NCBI GenBank assembly: GCA_000697335.1
Contig: JNEM01007126.1
Location: 1-45,971 of the forward strand
Source: Conidiobolus incongruus B7586
Lineage: Eukaryota
Reading direction: 5' to 3'
DNA length: 45,971 nt
The notes beneath the pieces are model-generated. The model saw nothing but the letters and a program-made list of their open reading frames with translations. It ran no database searches and was not told the DNA's origin. This document shows, in pieces, positions 1 to 11,179 of this stretch; the stretch's first letter is position 1; every line of letters starts with the position of its first letter. A program made the position numbers and the translations under genes.

Positions 1-634
1 TTAAGCTTTTAATAATATCTTAATAAGTTTTGTTTAATAATAACTACTCTAACTTTTTTTAAGCTTTAATAATATTATAAGGTATTTATTTTATATTTTT
101 ATTTATTAATTTAAATTTAAACATTAATAAATATAAAATATTTATAAAACTAATATAAAAGTACTTAGATAATTTTTTAACTAAAATAAAAAGATATTTT
201 TCAATATATTTTTTCTTTTTATTAATAATCAAAAAAGTAATAATTAAAGTTAATTTTTTAAATTTTAACAGGCTTTAGATAATTCTTCTCTTAATCTTAA
301 AATAATTTATTTAACAATAAATTGTTGATTTAAATAATACTTTATTATTAAAAGCTAATTATAAATTTTAAATAATTTTAAAGTTTATGGTTAAATTTTA
401 TTAATACTAAAATAAAAAATTTTTAATGATTATAATCTAGTTTAAACAAAATTAAATTAAATAACCAATTTTAAAAAATTAATTTTTTAATCAAAAAAAT
501 TATTATATATATATATATATTTTAAAAATATATAAATTCCTATTAACTTTGTATATATTTATTTATTTCAAACTAATAATATGTTTGAAAAATCAGTAAT
601 TAAAAAATTTCTTATTATTTTAAATTCAAGGCAA
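1..634 (-). mobile_element. Degenerate mariner copy 1 (5' part; runs off the window start)
   Basis: The reverse complement of 1-634 aligns colinearly with ~8338-8990. Exact shared 15-mers: 434-448 = rc of 8544-8558, and 576-590 = rc of 8382-8396. A WVPHEL-like remnant K*IPYNI lies on the minus strand near 70-92. A degenerate TIR ends at ~634, followed by TA at 635-636. Confidence 0.75.
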
Positions 635-3112
635 TAATTGGAATTTATCAACTATTACTTAATTTATTAATGAAATTTTAACAAAGATAATTTTGAATGT
701 ATTTTAAAAAGTTATAAATTGGATCAATAGTTTGTTAAATATATTACTCTTCCTAACTTTCTTTAAAAATATTATAATTACAGTATTGAATAAACAGAAT
801 AAATTATTATTACTATTATTATTATTATCTATATTAAATTTCTAAACTATGATATACACTAGGTAATGATAGTAAGTAAAATACTTTTCAAACAGGGTAC
901 AGTTTACCTAAGATTTTTTATATTTAAGATATTAAAACCAATTTACTTTAATCACTTTGGAATTTACCAGTTTGTATAGTTGATTATATTTGACTAATTA
1001 GGTATTATAATTTAATAAAAATATAATCCTAAATATTTCAAAACTTATAGCAATTATTACCAATATTTATATATATAAGCTTTCTAAAGTTGAAATTATA
1101 CGCTAAATTAAACTTTGAATTAAATTCCAATTAATCAGTTTAGAATCAAATTTGTTTGCTACTCCGATCATTAGTAATATTACGTTAATGGATTAAAAAT
1201 TTTAAAAGGGTAGCAGTGGTCCAAAAAATTTTAAAACATTTTCAAATTTAATAATTTATAATTAAACCAATCGTTATTTTATCTTTAAGTTTGTCAACTT
1301 TCAACTATTTCCCCATATTTTTTTTAAATATTAAACAGAAAAAACTGTATAAATTTTTAATTAAAATCAATTTAAATTGAGAAAATTTCGTATAATTAGA
1401 CCTGATAAATGAAATTATTAAGCTTAGCTCCATATTTTAATTAGGAAAATACAAAATTGAGAAAGGATAATTGACGTATATGCATACTAAGCTACGCTCA
1501 CTATTTCTCCTACAGGTCTAATGATTGTTTATATAGCTACGAATTATTGATCACCTAATCCATTTCAGATCCCTAAAAACAATTAGAAAATTGACAATGA
1601 TTTAATGTTATAAATAACTAAAATAAATTTTAATTAATAATAATAATAATAGTAAAATTTTAAACAATTGGTAACATACAAATTTATTAAGTAAAACTTA
1701 ACTAATGTTCTATGATAATTGTTATGTAAGCAATCTCGAAAGAAATAAGATTAATTTATATATTCAATATTTTTAAACTTAGCCTTCAATCAAGTTCATT
1801 AAAATCATCCAATTTTTAGTTGATAAAACTATTGAAATTCAGTATTATTAGTGGTAAGATATTATATTTAATAAATAGTGGACTATTATAAAAAATTCAA
1901 TTTATCACAATTACGTATGATAAATATATTTTTAAAAATACTCCACATAATAGATGAAAGATGGACCCTTAAAAACTGAGCATTAATAGATAATTATCGA
2001 AACAATTTTATGATAGATTAATTAATATTAACAAATAATTCCTCAATTTCCTTATTATCTTAACAATTTTAAATATGTATCCACTATTATTTTCAAGTAT
2101 AATACTAAGATTAATAATATATCCGCTCTCATTATTAATATTTTATTTTATAGAATTTACTAGATGCTTTACCAATTTACTATTTCAATTTAATTAAAAA
2201 ATTTTATTTAATAGAATTTGAATTAATGATGTAATCTAAATGGAGAAATTTACAAATATGTAATCAGATTATTAAAACTTAACTATTATATAATAATATT
2301 AATTAGAAATTTCTACCAGTATTTGGTAGTGGTTTATACTTAATAAATTTGAAAAATTATTATTATTATTATTATTGTAATTGGTTTAAAATTCTTTAGA
2401 AAGAGTTTATGTAAGTTATAAATAAATTTAAAAAATTTATGGAATAAAAATTAAAAATAGTAGTCAATTTTATAACCCTTAATAAATCTAAATTATTATA
2501 TTATTATCTAATTGAATTATATACAAGGTATTTTATCAATATTCAATGAATCAATTATTTATGGTTTGAAAATGGCTATATTTGATACAATAATAAATTG
2601 GCTGCTGGTTTAAAATTGAATTCATTTGATTTGAATTAGTATATTTTCAATTAAAGTAAACTATGGCAATATTTTAAATCAGTATAGTCTATTTATTAAA
2701 GATATAATAAAGATAATGATTATATTGAAATAATATTATTTAATTGAATAGATATTAATATATCAACTCAATCTAGAATGCTTTAAAATTCATTTTTGAG
2801 GATCATCTTGTTTCAAAAATCGTCAAATTTACAAATTGCAAAATAAAACCAAAATGAGGAAATGGATAAGGGGGCTAATTTAAATAATATTACAATTCGA
2901 AAAGGGTTGTGTGTCCCAAGTTAATTTCAATTAAAATTGGGCTAAATTAAATATTGATTTAAACGTCATCGATATGATTGGTAAAATTCAATATTGATTC
3001 GATAATCTCTAAGTTCTCCCAATTTTTCAATATATAAAGGGTCCCAATTTAACAGTCTTTTAGTTATCAAATCTTTCGAATTTTAAGCTCTTGTAATATA
3101 TTCTATTAAATC

Positions 3113-3766
3113 ATGTCATTAAGTCAAATCTCCCGCAGAGTTACTCTCAAGAACCAGTTGATTAGAGTTTGCAGTACCAGAAGATGCTTGTCAACATCAT
3201 CTAGTTCGCAACCCATTAGTAAGTACCTTAATATTACCAAATACTGTTATTACCATAAGAGTCTCACCCTTCTTTTCACGTAGCTAAATACGGCAATACT
3301 CATGAATGGATCCAAATCCAAGACAATATCGCTACAGTAGGTATTACCAACTATGCTCAGAGGAAATTGGGTCCTATTGTCTACATTGATAGGCCCCAGG
3401 TCAGAAGGTCGGGCTCGGCCAAAGGAGGTAAGCCATGAACACTTTGATACTTCTTTGGATCGTTTCTTATGATATGTTTAGAAACTATGGGAACTTTAGA
3501 ATCACCCAACGCTATTAAAGATGTCCACGTACCAGTATCCGGTACCATCATAGCGTTCAATCGCAAACTAAAAGAGGATCCCAATCTCATTAACAAATCG
3601 CCCGAATCTGAAGGTAAAGCATATACATTCTATTCTTGAGCAAGTAGCTAATATTTTAATAGGATGGATATTCAAACTCCAATTCAAGAATAAGAAAGAA
3701 CTTGAAGAGTTATTAGATGCTAAAGATTACAAGAAAATTATTAAGAATCCACCTCTATTCGATTAA
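3113..3766 (+). CDS. GCV3: Glycine cleavage system H-protein homolog, divergent; lipoyl-Lys replaced by Asn
   Basis: Exons 3113-3218, 3284-3427, 3482-3613 and 3663-3766 (all GT..AG; 486 nt, 161 aa). Arg/Ser-rich N-terminus resembles a mitochondrial presequence. Motifs: [76 protein letters not shown]. Confidence 0.9.
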
Positions 3767-4012
3767 AAATAAATTATACTGTATTATCATTTACTAAATT
3801 ACTTTAAATTCTTAATTTTATTAATTATCATTAATCAATATTCAATGAACAAAATATTTAAAGTTAATTAAGTTCAATAAAATTTTTATTTAAATAATTA
3901 TATCAAATTATTTAATTTATAAAAATTAAAAATTTTAAAATAATAATAATAAATAAATAAAAACTTAATGTTATATTTAATTCTTATTAAATTCAAATTG
4001 AGTTATTTAAAT

Positions 4013-4018
<6 letters not shown>

Positions 4019-4048
<30 letters not shown>
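4019..4048. repeat. (AT)n microsatellite
   Basis: Run of about 15 AT units seen directly. Confidence 0.9.
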
Positions 4049-4050
<2 letters not shown>

Positions 4051-4177
4051 AAATAATAATAAAAAATAAATTTAAATTTAAATTTTAACATTCCCATAAT
4101 AATTTAAAATAAGTAAATTTTAAATTAAAAATTATTTTTTAAACAGTCAATTAATTATTAAAAAAAATTAATCAATA

Positions 4178-5402
4178 ATGTCTAAAAAATATAATAATTT
4201 CCTTCAAGTTACTCAAATCGCTAATAACTATCCTTACCCAACGCATCACGTTAATAAGCGCAATCATCCCTTATTTAAATTACATGTTGATTCCAACCAA
4301 ATTCTTGGGATTTTGGAGTTTGAAACTTATCAAAAACTCAAGAATTTCCAAGTATCAAAGGATTTGAGTGATAAGTTCCCAAATCCAGTATTTGTGACTA
4401 GTACTGACCCATTGGGAATGGGTTATGAGTTTTTATCATTTTCCCAGTTTTATAATACTTATGAATTGAGGACTGAGGTAGTTGATCTGCTGTTGAGAAG
4501 TTTTAGAGAGAAGGATTTACATATTTGTTTAAGAGGTAATACTAATAATCATATATTATAATCGGCATAATCAATTAATGAGGATTAGGTTGGAGAAATG
4601 AAATCTACCCAGTAATTCCATTCAATACTGAGTCCAAGGAGCCTGTTTTTGAAATGGAACGTGTGGGATCCTTCATGTTTGGAATTGGCACTTATGGTGT
4701 GCATTTGAATGGATATGTAAAATCTGAGAAAGATGGTATTAAAATGTGGATTGCTAGAAGATCTCCAACTAAACAGACTTGGCCCAATATGTTGGACAAT
4801 ATGGTAGTTTTTCTATTATTTTTAATGGTTAATTATTAATTATTGATTATTGGTTTGATGGGATTAGGTTGCTGGAGGTATTACTATCAACGAACAAAAG
4901 TACTTGACAATGGTGCGAGAATGTATGGAAGAAGCTAGTATTCCCGAAGAAATTGCCTCAAAAGTAAATTTTAATTTATCCTGATCTCTCTTATTATATT
5001 AACTCAAATCGAATTTAGGCTATTCCATGTGGTGCATTGAGTTACATCACCCACAGTCATTTAGGTATAGCACCCGAAACTCAGTACATTTATGACTTAG
5101 AGCTCGATGAAAATTTTGTGCCTAAACCTAATGATGGGGAAGTAGGCAATTTTTATTTAATGACTATTGAAGAATTAAAACAAAATTTATTAAATGGAGA
5201 ATTTAAACCTAATTGTGGTATCGGTAATATATAAATATTTATAAATTTATATTATAGTTTTATAATATTAATCATATTTATTTAATATTTAGTGGTTATT
5301 GATTTCTTAATACGTCACGGATTTATCAAACCTGATGATGAGCCTAATTATTTAGAAATTTTAAAAAATATTCATCGAGATTTTAATTTTTATTACGAAT
5401 AA
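4178..5402 (+). CDS. Nudix hydrolase, YJR142W/NUDT20-like (thiamine pyrophosphokinase-related Nudix family)
   Basis: Exons 4178-4535, 4589-4803, 4868-4963, 5019-5223 and 5293-5402 (984 nt, 327 aa). Motifs: GWRNEIYPV, FGIGTYGVHLNGY, MWIARRSPTKQTWPNMLDNMVAGG, Nudix box GG..RECMEEASI, PETQYIYDLEL, PKPNDGEV, FKPNC, DFLIRHG. Confidence 0.92.
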
Positions 5403-5850
5403 TTATTATTTTTATCTTAAATAATTTATATTAAAATAAATTAAAATTTATGATGGAATTGATTAATTTTAAGTTTTAATTAGTTAATCTATTTGGAATA
5501 TAAATATTCTTAAGAGATAATACGGTATTATTAAAACTTTAAAATTAACAATATACAAAAATAACTTTCAAATTAATTAACGTATATTAATTATTGAACA
5601 AAATCAATCTAATAAATATCCTACAATGTGTAATTATAAAGATCAAGTTATATTTATCTATGCTAAAAGTTTATAAAATCAACGAATAAATTTAATAAAG
5701 ATTAAGCACTAAAATGAATGATAATTGTGGTTATTTTTATAATTTGATTAAATTTAAAAATTTATTAAAGTAAAAGAAAGAAAAATAAACGCTTATTTAA
5801 ACTATTTTTTAATTTTATTAACAGTATTTTCTTAATTAATTAAGAGTCAA

Positions 5851-5921
5851 GCAATGGTGGTTTAGTGGTATAATTACCGCCTGCCACGCGGTAGACCGGG
5901 GTTCGATTCCCCGCCATTGCA
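5851..5921 (+). tRNA. tRNA-Gly (GCC)
   Basis: Acceptor stem GCAATGG/CCATTGC with discriminator A; D arm TGGTTTAGTGGTATAATT; anticodon arm ACCGC-CTGCCAC-GCGGT (GCC at 5883-5885); T arm CGGGG-TTCGATT-CCCCG; T-tract at 5937-5945 as likely Pol III terminator. Confidence 0.97.
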
Positions 5922-6689
5922 TTCCATAAGTCCAAATTTTTTTTTCAAATATTATTTAAAAATCTTTATCCATGATTTATATTAGTTAGATTATTTTTAA
6001 ATTTATAATAAAAATACATTGAAAAAAAATCTCTATTAGAATTTATTAGATTTTAAATTAATAAATTATTAAGATTAGGTATTATAAAAACATGATTGAT
6101 CAAAAATTCAATTCTTATATTGAATATTGTGAAAATCTGATTTGATTATATCACTAAATTTCTATTCACAAAATCCATAATGTCAATTGATATTATTTTT
6201 AACTCTTTATCACAAATTTAAGTCACTTTTTCTCCTTTATATATTGGACAAAACTTTAAAAAAGTTTTTAATAATGATTTTAAGAGGCTATTAGATAAAA
6301 ACTATGGTCATAAATGTATCATTAATTTTTGTATTAATTCACTCTTTGGTAGTTAATATTTTCAACTATATAATTTTCCAAAAAAATTTGTTTACTAAGG
6401 TATTTATAATAAAAATTTATTAATTTGATAAAAATTACTCAATAGAGTATTGAATTAAAATGGAAGTATAAACTATTCAAAAAATGAATCAACCTAAACT
6501 ATTGAAAGTATTATTGAGTCAATAGCTTTAAATTTATCATCATTTTTAAATCACATACTAAATCACTTTTGATTTTAACTTTTTCTTAAAGTTCTCGAAT
6601 GAATAATTTAATAGAAGCTGAGTTATTTTTATTTGATTTTATTGGATCTTTTCAAATTCAAAAAAAAATATAATGATTTGTAGACTAGT

Positions 6690-6980
6690 TCAAGCGTAAT
6701 AGAAATCATTATAATTTAGACGCAATGATCCATAAATTTGGTGAAAAGTAAGCTACTATCATTCTTGAACGCGAGTCAGAAGTGTACATGGTCAACCCAT
6801 TTTTGCATAATATCACAGAATTGAACCTATAAGAAAATATGACTACAGTCAGAATTTGCGTAATCTTTGAAGTTGAAAATATTCAGGTAAATATAATGAG
6901 GATTGAAGATTATAATCTCAATAATGAGACTTAAAAATCCCAATTCAACAATTATAATTGGTGACAATTTCAATGTAATT
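6690..6980 (+). mobile_element. Probable decayed non-LTR retrotransposon (L1-like) APE endonuclease fragment
   Basis: Fragments in the expected order: EIIII*T (cf. DIxxxQET), CTWSTHFCIISQN (cf. WTxHCGIVS of fungal L1-like elements, recalled), and TIIIGDNFNV (cf. IIGGDFN). Interrupted by stops and frame changes. Confidence 0.35.
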
Positions 6981-7201
6981 AGTGTAATATAGAATTTGTC
7001 ATTTATAAAATAAATTACAAGAATTTTAATTTATTATCTTAGTTGATAATCCATTGTTAGGAACTATACTAACTACTGAATTTTTATCTTGAAATTCGAT
7101 GAACAAAATGGTATAAATATTAGTGTTTTAATATTTGAAAACTCTATTTATTTGATTGAATTGTTATATTATTATCCAATTATTATTTTAAATTTAAAAT
7201 C

Positions 7202-8293
7202 TATTTAGAACTCTTTCAATTGACGAATAATTATCTTTATCCAAGTGTTGAACCCCTTTACAGAAATACTACTTCAAACTAAATGAAACAAGATATGATA
7301 TTATTAGTATTTTAGATTCATAATTGCAAATTTGTTAAGAGAGTTCGAAGTTCCAAAAGAATTAGAATCCAATTTCCGAGTACCTGTATTCATAATTTCA
7401 AAGCGTAAAATTGAGAATTAATTTGTTAGATTTAAAATATTGAAAAATAAATATTGTCATCTAGGTTTGAGAGATAATTGATGAATTTATTGAATAGATC
7501 AGTTTTAATTCATTTGATTGGGTTAAAAAAATGAAATCTATACTATTATAACTTATATAGGATCTATCAAAGAGTCTGTCTTTCAAACAAAACTTTTTGA
7601 ATCTTTTATTTCTGCATTTATTACCTTTGATATATATTTGAATAGTTATATTAGACACAATGATGAAATTAAAATGTGAATTGCTAAATGATTTCCAACT
7701 AAGCAAACTTGATTGAATATGTTGGATAATATTGTAGATATTTAAACTCATGTATATTATTTAAGGTATTAATACGATTTGATAAGTCGCTAGTGGTAAT
7801 TTCATTAGTCAATAAAAATTGGCTATGATTATTAGAGAATATCTAAAAGCTAGCATTCCCTATGTAATCAGTTTAAAAGTAAATCAGTGATTCTGAAAAT
7901 AAATTATATTATTTAGCTTGTTGGTATAGGCTGTAACTTGTGATGTTTTAACCTACATTACACAGAGTGAATATAGTATTGCATTCGAAACTTAATGCAT
8001 TTGCTATTTAAAATTTGATCCAGATTCCGTTCTCAAGCCAAAAGATGGCCAAGTTGGCAATTTTCATTTTAACGACAGTGATCAATTAATAGAATCACAT
8101 TAATAGTGGGAAAATTCAAATCAAAATGCAGATTAAGTAAATAAAATTAATTATTTATGGATATAATAATTATTATTTATTAATAGTTGTAATTGATTTC
8201 TTAATTTATTAAAGCTATATAACACTGAATGAAGAATCTGATTGAATGGCTTTTATAAAATATTCACCAAACTTTTGATTTTTTTACAATTAA
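7202..8293 (+). pseudogene. Pseudogene duplicate of the Nudix hydrolase at 4178-5402
   Basis: Colinear remnants: YLELFQLTNNYLYP (cf. FLQVTQIANNYPYP), G*KNEIY (cf. GWRNEIY), IKM*IAK*FPTKQT*LNMLDNI (stops 7677, 7689, 7710), LTYITQSEYSIAFET*, KPKDGQVGNF, VIDFLI. Intron donors and acceptors sit at equivalent positions (e.g. GTAGAT at 7734). Confidence 0.88.
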
Positions 8294-8337
8294 TCTAAAT
8301 TAGATTGATTATCATTTCACAATGAGCTGTTTAATTA

Positions 8338-9672
8338 TTAGTATAGAAATTAAGAAATGGCAAATTTTTTAATTTCTGATCTTTCAAACATATTATACAT
8401 TTTGAAAGATTATATATATATGTATATATATATATAATATATAGGAAAATAAATATTTTCAAACTATATATATATATATTTAATTTTAATTATTTTCTTT
8501 ATTAAAATATTTTGATTTTAAAATTTATACTTAAATTTAATTATGTTTAAACTAGATTGTAATTATCAAAAAGTGTTTATTTTTGTATCTTTAAAACTTA
8601 ATTATAAACCCTTTAAAATTATTTAAAACTTGTAAATAACTTATAAAGATGGTATTTTATCTAAAACTACTATATATTACTAAATTTGTGATTTTAAAGC
8701 TAGAAAAAACATTATTTAAAATTTACTAAAATTTAAAAGACTAATTTCTATTGTTATTTTTTTTATTATTAATAAAGTAAAAAAATATATTAAGAAATAC
8801 TTTTTTATTTTTATTAAAAAATTATTAAAGTAATTTAATATTAATTATACAAGTATATTATATTTATTTAAGTTTAAACTTAAATTAATTAATAAAAATA
8901 TAAAATAGATAACTTATAATTTAATAAAAACCTAAAAGAAAATTAAAGTAGCTATAGTTAAATTAAATTTATTAAAGTATAATTAAAAATAAAAGTTTTT
9001 ATAGTAAATACTTATAATTAATAAATCTTAAATTCCTTTATATAATCTTTTACTTAAAAATAAAATAAAATGTTAAATTAAACTAAATTAATCTTCTCTA
9101 TAAATTTTAATAAATAAACACTTTAAATATAAATCAATATTAATTGTTATAATAGATTATAATAATATATAGTTTTTTTATTTAATACTTTAAAGAAAAT
9201 TAATTAATAATAAATTATATATTACTTTTTTAAATAAAATAATTTTTAAATGGTATTCTCAATATAAATTAAAAACACTTATTATTTTGTATAATAATTG
9301 TAAAATATATAAAATTAAAGTTGTAAAAGATTTTTTATATAAAAAAAAATTAGAGGGAGTTACTATATTTAATATATTCACTTGATTATAACTTATATAA
9401 TTATAATTGTTTTAGACAATTAAAAAAATAGCTTACAGGAAAAAAAATTCCTTTAAACAAATTAAATTAGTTTGTGAAACATTAAATTTCAGTTTTTAAT
9501 AAAAAGAACTGTTTTTTAAGTATTAGAAACTTATTAAAAGTATAGAAAAGAGTTTTTAATAATAAAAGAGGCTATTAATTTTATATTATTCATTAATTTT
9601 TATATATTATTTATTAATTTATTTGTTTAATTTTAATTTTAAAATTGTGCCATTACTTAATTTCTACACTAA
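8338..9672 (+). mobile_element. Full-length (~1.33 kb) defective mariner (DD34D) DNA transposon
   Basis: 32-bp TIRs at 8338-8369 and 9641-9672 (28/32 identical), flanked by TA at 8336-8337 and 9673-9674. Transposase relic from ATG 8543: LSKTTIYY*ICDFKAR..NLLKFKRL (HTH/PRSGRP), K*ITYNL at 8903 (WVPHEL), ILIINKS*IPLYN at 9008 (D1), LIILYNNC at 9278 (D2), YSLDYNLYNY at 9375 (YSPDL..DY, D3), SIRNLLKV*KRVFNNKRGY (C-terminus). Confidence 0.88.
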
Positions 9673-9838
9673 TATTATTGAAATGAAATGATTTTATAAT
9701 GATATAAAATAAAATAATAAAATATATACTAAAGAAATATTGAATTAAAAATTACAATGTTTAGTTAACAAATTAACATGAATTATATAATGCATTATTT
9801 AAATATGGTTAATAGAAAAATCTATACTCAGTTGATAT

Positions 9839-11179
9839 TTAAGTTGAGTTATGGTGAAAATTTAGTATCCTGTCGTCATGTGTCCCACTCGCTAAGTAAA
9901 CTTTAATAACTTGGTAACTGACGCCATCGTGGTCGCTACCCCAGCTTCTACTCTTGTAGCCCTTCAAATCCATGCTGGAGTAGCTGGGGAGCTTGGGCAA
10001 AATGCGGATTTCTACAATCCAATCATTAATCAGATTGAACCCAGGGGGAACGCCAGGAATGCAAGGTTTGTTGGGAACTTGAGGGTTGTAGCGGGGAGGA
10101 GGAGGAAGTTTTAAAAAGCCCAAATGGACCAAGACCGCAAGGAGGTCTGAGTCATCTGTGTATATCATACTGCCCCAGACTTCGTGATCCCTTATCTTGT
10201 CATGGAACCAGCCCCATTTTAGATAAGATCTAGCTATGCGTACTTTGACCACCGCATTGATTTTATTACTATAGTCGGGCAGCAAGGAACGATGACTGTA
10301 AGTATGGGATAGAGGCTGTGATATAGGAGGATATCGATTGGTGTCAACTTCCATCATATTCACTAAAGCTACAGGCTGAGCTGGAGTATCAACAACCAGA
10401 AGACTGGAGCTATCTTGAAAAATTGGCATTTGATATGGATGTCTATGATTCATATTGTCAATTTCTGGCAATCGAACGTTAGATTTTAATTCGTGCGTAA
10501 TGTTCGAAGGAAAATTATTATGACTAGGTGCTGATTTTCTTTCAAATGGAGAGTGGGAATCTTAATTAAAATTCACTTAATATATTTAATTTAGTAACAG
10601 AGATAGTCATTGTAGTTACCGTAATGTGGTAATGAAATTCTTCGTTCGGAAACAATATTTAGAGATGGGAGTGACGGTAGAGAATGATCTTTATATTCTG
10701 TTTTCACTCTTTTTGAATCATGTTTACCTATTTAAAATTTATTATCTATAAAAATTTTTCATTTAAAAATTGAAAAAAAAATACCTATATCTGATGGTAA
10801 ATGACCAGGAGAGTCACTATGAGGCATATCTAAAGGAGAACGAGGCCTGGCTAAAACAAAGTTCAATATAATACAAAATAAAAGTAAAATAAAATTATAT
10901 ACCTGGTTGAAAAGGAGAAGGAGAATCTTTATTATGAATACGGTCAAACGGACTAGAGTGCTTCGAAATTGGTGGAGGCTCCATTAAATCCACATTCACT
11001 CTATTTAATAATTCTACTTTTCCTCTCAATGAAGGAATTGGGTCGGAAGATATTGTATTATTCATATCTGAAGACGGCCCAGTTCCCTTTAAAATATTTG
11101 AATTATCTAAATTTCTACTCTTTTCACTGTTGTCAGGTTCACTTTGAACACTCAATTTAACGTCATTAAAGGTATCCAT
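9839..11179 (-). CDS. RXT3: Rxt3-domain protein (Rpd3L histone deacetylase complex subunit)
   Basis: Exons 11179-10903, 10850-10785, 10727-10620 and 10560-9839 (1173 nt, 390 aa, frame-consistent). Rxt3 motifs VWGSMIYTDDSDLLAVLVHLG and ILPKLPSY...YKSRSWGSDHDGVSY. Confidence 0.88.

Noticed and set aside
1380..1600. Slightly GC-richer patch with a minus-strand peptide IIRPVGEIVSVA
   Set aside because: Too short and stop-ridden to assign to any family.
3381..3596. 71-aa minus-strand ORF
   Set aside because: Antisense shadow of the H-protein exons and intron.
7461..7751. 96-aa minus-strand ORF
   Set aside because: Antisense to the Nudix pseudogene; low-complexity AT-codon composition.
9911..11160. 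Short plus-strand ORFs over RXT3
   Set aside because: Antisense shadows of RXT3 exons with no recognisable motifs.
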